Below are positions 27,918-39,561 of a stretch of 64,000 nt of DNA, piece after piece. Numbering within the stretch: the first letter of the stretch is position 1; each line of letters starts with the position of its first letter. Origin of the DNA: Cercozoa sp. M6MM (taxonomy: Eukaryota; Protista; Endomyxa: Ascetosporea); assembly GCA_040357565.1 (NCBI GenBank), contig JBDODJ010000018.1; one strand, given 5' to 3'. A program made the translations under genes and the position numbers. The notes under the pieces were generated by a model, which was given only the letters and a program-made list of their open reading frames with translations, was not told the origin of the DNA and ran no database searches.

Positions 27918-29048
27918 CTACACAGCCACGCCAGCCAACGGGTCAACGCTGTCATCGTGCACGTCAACGTGGTTGGCGCCGGCGCCAGTGTGCGTCAAGG
28001 CACCTTCCTGCACTGGCGGCGACGCGATTGGCGAGGACGTGTCGCCCCACTTTTGGTACACTGCAAGCAGCACGCAGCACACGTGGTAAGGATTGTGGAT
28101 AGCGACAACAAGCAAAAGCAGGCGTACCAGTTGGATCATCACGGGCAGCCGCCTCCTCAGCAGTGTCGCTGAAGGTGTCGTTGAAGTCGGCCATGTTGGC
28201 AATGTCGGCAGTCGCCGTTGTCTCGTCTGTGCCGCGTGGGAGTGGGTAAATAACATGGAAGGGTAAAAAGGAAATCTAAACACCATCATTGTGCTGACTC
28301 CACACGGTGCCGGCATCCTCGGTGTCGGTGCGCGCCAGTGAGGACGAGATGATCTGCCGCGACGCTTGTACGAACTGCTGCGCCAGGACCGACGTCTCCG
28401 GGTGGTAGTAGCTCTATTAAACCAGTACAGGACCAAGCAACATACAGAGAACCCCTTACACAAAGTAATAGTTATGTTGGTACTTCAATGGCACGCTTCA
28501 TCTTCTGCACCCACTGCTGCCGGTCCTTGGCCGACGCCGCGCGGAAGCGGTAGCGCTCCTTGCCGCGCTTGAACACAAAGAAGAAATCGAGCGAGCTGGC
28601 GGTGTCTATTGTCAACCAAATCCCATGCACACACACACCAAGCCACAAAGAAAACGTGGACTGACGGAGTTTACCCTCATCGATCCAGCAGTCGCCTTCC
28701 TCGCCAAAGTTCTGCCTGCCTCGTGGCTTCCTCGCCTATGACAAAGGAGTAACTGGGGGGGGGCAAATGTTAAGTGAGCGCACTTGCTCAATCGACTCGG
28801 TGTGTGAGCGGAAGTATTCGACGCAGTTGCGCCTCAAGATGACTATACACATACATCCGAACATGCGGGAAAAGGTCGATCAAACAGGTTACCGTAGCGT
28901 GCACGGAAGGTGTAGCGCAGCATGGCGCCCGTCTCCTTGAGTAGCGCACCCTCGTACAGCGCAGGCTGTCGGCGCTGCGCATTGCCGCTTCTGTACCTGT
29001 CCAGCATACCATGTAGCAGCCAGATACCAAAGACACAGCAGTCTTTTC

Positions 29049-29100
<52 letters not shown>

Positions 29101-29110
29101 NNNNNNNNNN

Positions 29111-29164
<54 letters not shown>

Positions 29165-32100
29165 GAGAGGGAAGAGAGGAGAGGGAAGATAGGAGAGTGC
29201 AGAAGGGAGAGAGGAGAGAGGGGGAGAGAGGAGAGAGGGGAGAGGGAAAGAGAGGAGAGCGAGAGAGAAACACACCTAGTGCGCGCAGGCGTCGTTGGTG
29301 TCCTTGGTGAGCGCAGCGGCGTCGTTGCGTGGCTACGAACGACACGTTGCACCGGTCGACGCACCTGCCAGGCCGAATTATTGTCTCAACATGTGCACAT
29401 ACACATTGCAGGGAGGAAGAGGGTAGACCATACCTTGCTGCTGCCAAGTGCAGGACGGACACCCTCCGGAGTGGCAGCGTTCTTGTCCTTGTCGTTGCTG
29501 CTGCTGGCGGGGTCTGCGTCGCCGTCGGTGCCGTTCGTGTTGGCGCCACCGGGCGCGTTCTCCTTGGCACCGCTGGCCGGCGTCATGGTCGACGAGAAGG
29601 CGTTGGTACGCGACGCGTAGTCCGCCATGAGACCGACGTGCGCCTCCCAGGTCTGTCGCATCGAGGCCAGCTCGTCCTACCCGCACAGGCATGTGCCATA
29701 CTTGGAATATACGCCAAATAGGGTGTTGGGTACGTCAAGCAAAACGTTGCGCTTCTGCAGCGCCGCCAGTCGCTCGGCGTCGCGCACCGAACGTCGCTCG
29801 CGCAGCGCCAGCGCAGCACGCAGCTGCTGCAACTCGCGCTGGTCCAGTGCACTCTACATGGGCATTCGTAACCACACACAACACTCCTTATACGTGTGTG
29901 TGTGTATGTGTGTGTACCTGCTGCCGCAGGCGTTCGTTGTCGGCGCTCTTGTCGAGCAGTCGGCGTTCGAGTGCCTCGCGTCGCACGGCCTCGTTCTCGA
30001 GAGTGCGCGACATGACCTGCTCGACCTGTCGCAGCACCTCCTGCGAGCAGCCATGGTACATATGTGCAGCCAAACTGTACATAACGGGTACCCCCTGCTG
30101 CTTGGCGTGTGCAGCTTGTGCCGCATCAGTGGCCTGTGCCGCTGCACTCTGCTGTGCCTGTGCAGTCACAAATATAGATAGTTACATGGATGTGATCATA
30201 GTTACAGCAGCGAGAGCATCGAGTTTCGCCAGAATGTCCGCCGACGAGGTCTCGCCATCAGACACCACTGACTGCAGCGCAGTGTCACGTGTCTCACTGA
30301 CTGGCTTGCTGTCGGTGCACTCGGTGACGGTGTTGGCGTAAACGTTGTCACCGTTGGCACCGTCGTTGGCAGCTACACTGGCACTGACAGTGGGAGCTGC
30401 ACTGGGAAAGTCGGCACCGCCACTGTCACCGTCCGGACCGTGCTCGTACTGCTCCAGCTGCTGTTGCAGACGCTGCATCTCCTCGGTGAGTGCCGACACG
30501 CGCTCACGTTGCAAGTCGAGTTCCTCTTGTCTCTGCAGTTTCACAGATACAGAATATATGTGGTGTATAGAGGGCAAAGCACACCTGTCGAATCTCGAGA
30601 GCGTGCTCCTCGCGCAGCTGCAGCACGAACTTGCTGTGCACGCTCTCGTCCGCGTTGTCGTCGCTGCTCGAGCTCGACGACTTGGAGGCCTCACTGACCG
30701 CCGGAGACATTGGCGACGGCGACGGTGATTGCACTGTATCATCACCGATTATCATTGCCAATCAAAGCCGGTGTTGCTATACGGTGCCAGAGTTACCCAC
30801 ATCGTCGAGCAGATCATCCGGCAGTGCCTCGCCCTTCTGCAGAATGGCGACCTTGCGACGCAGCTTGCGCACCAGCGCGCGCAGCTTGGCCACGAGTGCC
30901 TCCAGTTCCGCCACTGATCTCTGTCAGTCAGCACACACACACACCGTCAGTGGGAGTATGATACACAGTGAGACACGTTCCGACTCACCTGACGGTTCAC
31001 GTGCACCTGGTTCTTGATCAACTTGGCGCGTTGAGCGAACTTTGTTAACAGGGGAAACATAGTTAGAGAGATAACATAGTAGTGAATGACAAGAGAGGTG
31101 TACACGTAGTGTCGAAATAGTCTCCTCGAGGTTGAACGCGTGCGGAGACGCCGTTGTGATGAGTGTGGTCTTGGTGTTGCCGCCCAGCGCGTCCTTCAGG
31201 ATGAAGGTGAGCTTCGAATCGCGGAACGGCACGTGTCGCTTCTTGTCACCCGTCACCGTGAGTGCTTTGATACAGTTTCCCAGTGCACTAAGCGACTGCA
31301 GGGAAGGGGTGATAGGGTAACAGGAGGAAAGGAGTAGAACAGTAGACCTGGTTGATTTTCTTGGCCTCCTCAAGAGTCTCGCCCGACGCGCCCGTCTTGC
31401 GCACCTTCTCGCTGCCAGCAAGATCGGCAAAATTCAGCTTGCCTGACCTCGTGCTTCCTGCGAAAACACACGTGTCACTCTGCACTGTGCTTCAGCTGAT
31501 TGTTTAATCCATTTGTACCGTCCTTCATTTTCTGCTCCACACGCAGCACCAGCAGCGAGTGCGAGCGCGATGAATCAGCGTTCATCGAGGTTGCGGCCAC
31601 CTGCACAGGGGGTGTGATAAAGGAGGTAAACGTTGGGTGGAGGTAAAGAGGGCCAAAGGTACTGCGCGATTGCCGCCACCGACGCGGATGAGATCGAAGA
31701 CTTCCTCGACCGAGGTGACAAAGACCTCGGTAAGTCCCTCGACAAAGGTGCTGCCGTCCCTCTGCTCGCGCACCTTAAGTGGCTTCGGTGGCGGTGTCGG
31801 ATTCCTTCAGTTAGCACACAGAGGTGTACATAGACACAAGCACAGACCCCTTTCCTTGGATGTGTAATAGCGGTAGCAGAGGGATACAGCAGGTCGCGGA
31901 TCTTTTCTCGATACTATAAAACGTATATGGGTTTTAGCGGACACAGATGTTGAAAGGATGGGCTTCGGTACGATCTCAAGAAACGAGACTTTGATTGTGA
32001 CTTCTTCCACATCGTCGTCTCGTTCGATTCCTATTTTCAAACGGTCAAGTCAAGGTAGGGGGGGGTAAGACTAGGTGAGCAGAGGAGAGCAAGTACCCTC

Positions 32101-32881
32101 AAACAGAGCGCGTGTACTCCGTGGAATAATACCGGCTACACAAAGGATACCTTAAGACAAGAAATACACAAGACACACTAGGCACATACCGAGTTCACTC
32201 TCGGGGTTCTTCACATCGGCGCCAAACATGCTGCACAACAACGATAGTCCGCCACAATAATGATGGTAGAAGGTTCCTCGTTACCTGAAGGTCTTGCCAG
32301 AGCCGGTTTGTCCATAACAAAACAGCGTTCCGTTGAAGCCTTGTAACACGTCTTTCACCGTGCTGCTTGCCACTCTCTGTGTGTTGCAATCCAAAAGCAA
32401 CAAGTGAGAGCAGGACAAGGAAGGGATGCCAGCAAGCGTGCACCTCAAAGAAGTCGCTCTGCGTCGTGTCAGTGCCAAAAATCGCATCCAGTGTGAAACG
32501 CTTCGCTTCGCGCTGCTGAAAGGGTGGCACGCCCACTGATTTTCCGTCGTCTAGATGTATCACATTTGATATCATAGTCAAGTTAAACGGGTGTTACAGA
32601 AAGAAAGACTCACCTTGCAGATCAACGACGGACGGGTCCGAGCCAAACGCTGCTTTCAACTCTTCCTGCTGGTCCCATTCCTGAACAAATACACGTGCAC
32701 ACATGTGTGTACTTTTAAGAACCCAAGAAAACTCGAGTACCTGCCGTTCGCGATTGTTGATCGGACGGAAACGCACCTGCATTTGTCAGACAGCAGGATG
32801 ATAGCAGCCCATTCAAACAGTGAAACTTCATTTCAAGCATACAACGACCCGCACGGAGACGTCGCCCCCAGCGATATCCAT
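27918..32881 (-). CDS. Kinesin-1-like heavy chain with coiled coil and C-terminal PH domain, more than 20 introns
   Basis: VRVV|[49 protein letters not shown]|SLSALGNCI (kinesin-1 signature), [10 protein letters not shown] exons at about 28482-28960. Confidence 0.85.
29054..29268. repeat. (GA)n and degenerate purine tract with gap, intronic
   Basis: Direct reading. Confidence 0.95.
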
Positions 32882-33179
32882 CTGCACGCGAAGATATACA
32901 TATATAAAGACCACCCCGAGAACAAAAAGATCTGGGCCGCGATTATCAAATGCCCCCCGACCTGACATTTTGCACAAGGGTCAAGATAACCGTTTGGACG
33001 CTTCTAAAGTTGTTCTATCACGGGGTGAACGCGCCAGGTGATCTTACAGCACTTCTTCTGTCATTTGAGTCTGAAAGTGTATCGACTCTGTTCGAGCCGG
33101 AGGGCTTGGATTCTCGTTTGGTTTTGCGGTCTTTCCAGTGCTGCGGACCGTTGTACTAGCGCACACACAAGCAGTAACA

Positions 33180-33611
33180 ATGTTCGGCGGCATGGGAATG
33201 GGTGGCATGGGCCGACGAGCCCCTCCAGTTGAGCCTGCCAAGGTGAACATTTTCTGATATTGTTTTTACTGATCGCTTTTGTTTGATTTCCTTCGCGTGT
33301 ACCACCCGCAGCCCAAGCCGGAGGGCGTTCTCGCACAAATCGCCTACTACGCTAGATTGCACAACCTTCCTGGCGATGTACGGCCTTTGTACATGTGACT
33401 CCGGTGGAAAATCCCTTGTCCATTGCAGAAGCGCAAGGCAGTCTGGGGCCTCACCACCAAGTTCGGCCTTTTCATTGCTTCCACGACGGCTCTGGTGATG
33501 TACGCCGACAAGGCGTGCAACCGTGTACGAGGAGATTTTTCCGTCTGCTGTTGTTAGTTTTACCTGCCATATTGCCTGCAGGCCCACAAATTCGCTGTTG
33601 CGCACAACTAA
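33180..33611 (+). CDS. Small (about 80 aa) single-pass membrane protein
   Basis: Spliced MFGGMGMGGMGRRAPPVEPAK|PKPEGVLAQIAYYARLHNLPGD|KRKAVWGLTTKFGLFIASTTALVMYADK|AHKFAVAHN*. It is absent from the ORF track. Confidence 0.55.
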
Positions 33612-34061
33612 CTCAAGATACGGTATTTTTTGCATGTCGATTTTTTAAGGTCACTGGTGCTTAACCGAGGGTGTGAATCGCCGGGATAAACTGCGCAGTG
33701 TCTTTGGTTACCGTACGGACGGTACTGGAAACTGACTGCCAGTAAAATCGAATGAATCGACCGGACGAGAATGAATCGACGCGAATGGAATTTCCTACGC
33801 GAGTTGCTTTCAGTTACTCCTGATACCGTACGTCGTACAGTCCCGCGATACGATACGATGATTCAGTTCTTCAGTGTCCGTACTGGCTGGGTCCGTATAT
33901 ACATATTCGTACTACGATAGATCGGATGCGGATGTATCTGATCTGTCACGGCAGATATTTAGCCCAAACGCAGTATCCACCGACGCCTAACTATGTGCGA
34001 CGTCGGTTGAAAGATGACCGTGCACCACAATTTACATCGTGGTCGACCTAACGCGGCGGGA

Positions 34062-34367
34062 TCAGCCGCCAGAAACAGGAGGAATGAAGGCAACTTCGTC
34101 CGATTTCTTGAGCGTCACGCCAGCAGAGTCACCAAGTGTGATGTATTGCCCATTGAGGGCGAGGCACTTGATGCCTGGACCAGCCGCGGTAAGGGTGCAT
34201 GGCAAGGGTCAGCGGTAAAAGCTAGGGGTAGAAGTACCATGCAAAGAGGGGTATTGCTCGACCAGATGCGCATGCAAGTCAGCGAGTGAGTGGCCTTCCA
34301 TGTCGACATTCATCTCATCTGTCCCGACTGAATCGCGGGCTGAGGCAAAAAATAGCACTTTGACCAT
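34062..34367 (-). CDS. MOCS2A: Molybdopterin synthase sulfur-carrier subunit (MoaD/ThiS fold)
   Basis: MVKVLFFASARDSVG...YPSLH|GIKCLALNGQY...DEVAFIPPVSGG*, with the diagnostic C-terminal PPVSGG. Intron 34175-34237. Confidence 0.92.
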
Positions 34368-35614
34368 GCTAGATACAGTGTTAACACACCAGCACTGCAC
34401 AGCTATAAGCCCAGTTTTTCCGTTTGTTTCAAACAAAATTAAAAAAAAGATTTGAATACTGTGCTGTTTTGCATGCATTTCACCGGATAAAAGTCTGTAG
34501 AAATGGCGTCTTTAGAAGAGGACACGACTTCAGGCGACAAAATCGTGCTGAAGAGGTAGGTTCCATTTCTGCTGCGTGGTTTTTGATTTGCGCGATGTTC
34601 GGCATGGAGTCAATATGACCAATAAATATGAAGTGGAGAACGCGAGTTTTTGGTCGATCGCGAAGTTGCCATGTGTTCGGCCATGATTCGGCGTAACTGT
34701 AGCGGCGTTTTCCTCCACCATTGCACAACTTTTTTGTGAGTACCAGTCGTGCGCAGTGGAGAATCCACACTTCAGCGAGCATGCCGGAAAGGTGCCGTGC
34801 ATCACACTTGACTCAATTGAGCCAGAAGTTTTGCAAAAGGTCATCGAGTACAGTAACATTGCTCTGCTGATCTTTGCCGAGTGTGAAACTCTCTGATCTT
34901 TGACGTTGCTCCTCCAGTGTACTACCGACACAGATATGCACAAGAGGACAACGAAGAGCCGGTGCCAGAGTTCGACTGCGGCGACGAGCCCATGAAAGTG
35001 CTCTCGGCTGCTGCGTTTTTGGATTGCTAGCACGATTTCGCTGCGAGTCTGCGACGCCAAACTTATTCGTTGCCGTCAGGTCAGCGTGCGAGCGGTACGG
35101 GACGCATTCATTGGATGCGACGCCTATTCGATCATGATATCAATGGAACGAACTCAAACGAACTGAAGCAACACAATCGAATGTGACATGGATGCACTGC
35201 AGTGACCATAAGTTTGCCGCCGACACGGTGCTGCCTTTCTGTGCGTGTCTTCGCTTGCTAGTTGATGAAAGAAACAGGTCAGTAGATACATGTAGCGTAG
35301 CGTATGGTAGATACGTTAAGTCTGATACGACTGGATCCGCTTAGATTCGGACCTGACCAACTCCCCTTTGACGTTTCCCAGCAATAAGACCGATTTCTTG
35401 CTTAGTACGATATGCATGGTTGACGCAGGTAGCAGGCTACCGTACAGTACAAGGGGTAAAGACGCGGCGTAGGCAGCCGAGCGTCGGGTCGTCCGTAGTC
35501 GTCCTCGAGTCCCTCAAGATGATTTTTAGCCAGTGGGGTACCCGATACTACTGTAGATTACGCGACGTGCGTACGGGCGGGGAACATTACGCTAGCAACC
35601 GACCGCGACCAGCG

Positions 35615-38600
35615 CTAGTTCCCGAAAAGAGCGCTCAGTACCTCGGTGCCCTCCGCGACTTTGTTAACCCTCTCGGTCACTGTGTCAGAATCGTGACTTG
35701 GAGCCGGAGAGCCTTCGCTTGGGTCGCAGCGCTCAACATACACACCGACACCGTCGACGCTGGCGGGAGCAATTTGGTTTCTTTTGGTGCGGCGTCGCTG
35801 TTGTCTCCTGGAGTACCATGCGTGCAACAGTACGGTTGCAATCAACGCTGCCGTCATTATCTGTACAGACATATTGTGACTATAGCTTGACGCACGGGAG
35901 CGCCTCGGATACCTGAAGCGACAGCGAAACACCAAAGGAAACGCCCGAGTTCTCATCCGAGACTGTCCAGTGTTCTAGACTCCACGCAAATACATGAAGA
36001 GTTTTGGGACTTATTTTACCGACAGCGACGACGCCGGCAAGTTGAGCTGCGGCAGCGCTGCACTGCGCGAGATTGGAGAAACGACTGAAGAAGGGCCAGC
36101 CTGTGTAGACGGACACGAAGATCAATGCAAAGCACGTAAATGCCACATAAGACTTTGTCGCCACATTATCAACGTATGCGCTCTTGTGAGGTCAAACAAC
36201 AAACTACTTTGATGAGTTTGGACACTCAATGTTCCTGCGAGCTCTACCTGCAAGGCGAGAACTGAGGAAGCTAAGAAGGCTACGCATCTGAAGTAGAAGA
36301 ACTTGCGTCGAAGTCCTTCATCTACGCACGTTTGTGTAGGACATATCACAGTTCAAGCAAAAACTTGGGCGGAAACACTTGATACACATAAAGCCGATCG
36401 AACTGCGTTTCCTCTCGTCCAGTTCGACTGCTTCAGTGTCGAAAGATTCTTTTCCAAGCACCGCACGCGCGCCTTTCGCGAAAATCTCATCTCGGTCGGC
36501 GTTCTACAGTATTGTGGGTATCGGAGAGACTTCCATGCTTCGTTTTATGAAGGGATGGTACTGGAAGAAGGCTTATGATTGCATCTGCTCGCTTGGCTTC
36601 TTTCCAAGTCACAAACAGACCCCAGAGTGGGAAGCCGAGTGTAACGACTGTAAAAATTTATACAAACAAGCACGATAGCAGCGTAAATGCAAGCAAAATG
36701 CCAAGTGATTGATACGCAGAAAAAGAACGAAGCTGCAGACGAAAATGACGGCGTGCGTTCCTATGAGTGGGTTCATGCGCATAAAACGACTGCGTTTTTT
36801 TAAAAGCAGCTGCACACCTTGATAGCATCGCGTGCCTCGATCGTCATACAGTAGAGATTCGGACTAACAACACAGCATCAAAAGACTGTTTTCTAAGATG
36901 AAGATATGCTGTACATCGTCATCGCTGTCAGGAGCGATGCGTGTCACAACGGTGACGCATCGGCTGGCTTGCAGAACGAGCCGAGTTACTCGGACGTAGC
37001 ACACACTTAAGAGTACTAGGACTCCACGAAGCAGCCGAGGCTTCAGCTCGACTCGATAGTACCTACCCAACACTCGTACCAGGTCCCGTGGTACTCAACC
37101 TGAACAGAAAAAGTGCAGCACTGAGGACTGCGTACCATGAGCGGAGTTTGGCGGCAAGAACAACGGCTAGCAACAACGTCGCCATGTACCTGCACGAACG
37201 TTTCATACAGCTTTGTGGTTTTACCTAAGATGCGTTCAGTTGAGACAACATACAGCAAGGTGGCAGTGTAGATCACGCCAAACGACCAGAGACCCCGACC
37301 TTCCCCGAGACACTAGACCAACAAGCCAGGGGGGGGGGGGGGGGTACAACACTCTCCTTGCCGGATATTGTTGGATCTAAACGCAAAGCTACCTCCGGGG
37401 CTGCAGCATTGATGTCAAGTGCTAGCGACGACAGCACACGAAGCTACGTTAACAGAGTAGTACTCTAAATTTATAACACCATGCCCAGAAATAAATGTCC
37501 TTACGAAAGACTTGACGCCTTGTTTTTGTTCGTCGCCAAAGATCTGTTCGGCCACTCCACGCAGTACGAGTAGCTACGCCGAAAGGAGTTCTTGCAAAGA
37601 TACGCAATTAGCGCTTTCAAGATACAAAGCACCAACTGCTGAGTCGCAACGATCATTGCAATCACTATCTGTTCATCCAGGGAAAGGAGTTTAATTGAAA
37701 CCTTAAATCCGACCATTAGAATGAAAGATTGGATACATCGAGGTGCTTGTCTTTCAATACGACTGTAGCAATAGCCTGTTTGGGAAAAAGCACACAATAC
37801 AACCAAGAAAGAAGAGAGCCAAAGCATGCCGTACAATAAGCACGGTGATCGACACTACTGTGATGAGGAGCAGCAATGGCTTCTGGGCTTGACTCTGACA
37901 AGACACGCATCGGTTTCCGTCGCGAAAGTGACCTTCTTCGCACCGACTGCAGTAGTCGTTCCCGTATCTTTCATTGCATTTTGACGTTTCGCGAGAGCCG
38001 TCTTGTCGGAAGTCGTTGATATTCAAACCACCAAGGCATGCCTCGGCAATCGTACACTCACCTACAACATTCACGTAGCCATTGTAGTCGACTCATAACT
38101 GGGAAAACTCGAAGTACCAGGTGGAGAAGCTTCGTCAACGGACCAACGCCCTCTAGTGAATGGTAAGAACACATCGTAAACAAGGAAAATTACTCGGACA
38201 AAAGACGGTGGAATAACTTACGCAGCTGGAAATGCTCGAGCACCGCCGGGACAGTAGGCCCCGGGTGGACATCTTAAAGGCAAAAAGGCGAGTGAAATGA
38301 TGCTTACAAATATCCTGCGACACCCAAAGTGAGGGACTGAGTACTTGAGGCAGGTGTTCGTAGTGACGTCGAGAAATTCGCCCTCTTCGAAACAAGAATC
38401 TACAAGGTAAATGAAGTCGGGACGCATCCATTGGAACGGCACGGAACTTGTCGTCGAAGTGAGAGAGAACGATGCTCTTCGTGCTGCCTGACCGCCTCGT
38501 TCCAGCACTGGTGTCGTAAAGCTCAGTGTGGCCGACCGCAGCACAAAACCGTCATCGTCTTGGTTTAGCAGAAGATTCACCGCTATTGTGCACATAAATC

Positions 38601-39528
38601 ATCAGCGCTAAAATGTTAACTGCAACGACAGTTTATTTAAAAGCGGTACGTTGGCCATCGATTCGCAGGTCAAGCGGGACCACCGAGCCCTCTGAAAGCT
38701 GTGCAACATTGGAGAAATGAAAAACTGTCAAACACGGACTAAGAATTGACTGCTGGTTTCTGCTACCAGAGTAGCGTTGTTTTTGGAGACGTCGACATCG
38801 ACGCCAACCTCAGCGAGGTACTACGACACGATGTCCATAGAATTGACAGTAAGTACATCGTTGGAAGCACAGGTTTTGTACCTCTAGCACTCGTCTCGTA
38901 TTTAGTAGATTACGTATCTTCAACGACACTGTTGTGCCATTAAATCGCATCGTGAGAGGCTCGATGCTGATGACCTCAGTGGTGGAGCTGCCGAATGGTG
39001 ATGGAATACACACCGGGCGCGCCTGCACAGCGGTATGGTGAACTCAGGGATTTTATGAAGGATACATGTGTCTTGTACTAGTTGGTCGGTGTCGAGCACA
39101 AAGCCTTCGCATAAATCGCACAGCGTACCCGTCCACCCTCCAATCGGTAAGTCCTCGTAGCACTCGCAAACGTTGTCCACACAAACCCCTGCTTGATGAC
39201 GAGGAATGGGTAGCGCTCACTGTTGGAACTTGACTCAAATATTATGCGCCTGTAGTAGATTACCATTCGTGCAGTCCAGGGTGCAAGCGACGTCCGCAGG
39301 GATGGTTGTTGCGGCAACCAGCGGGGGCCATTTCGGTTTGCGTGTTGTTGCTGAAGTTGTTGCTGTCGTTGCAGTATCCGTTGTTGTCATCGTCGTTGAA
39401 CTTGTAGTTGTTGCCTTTGTTGAACTTGGAGATGCTGTTGTTGTCGGTGCTGCTGCTGCTGTAGTAGTAATTGTTGTTGTTGCTGTTGTTGTTGTTGTTG
39501 TTGCTGTTGTTGCTGTTGCCGGGGTTGC

Positions 39529-39561
<33 letters not shown>

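Noticed and set aside
33156-33635. Minus-strand ORF as a candidate MOCS2B downstream of MOCS2A
   Set aside because: No MoaE motifs, and it overlaps the plus-strand microprotein.
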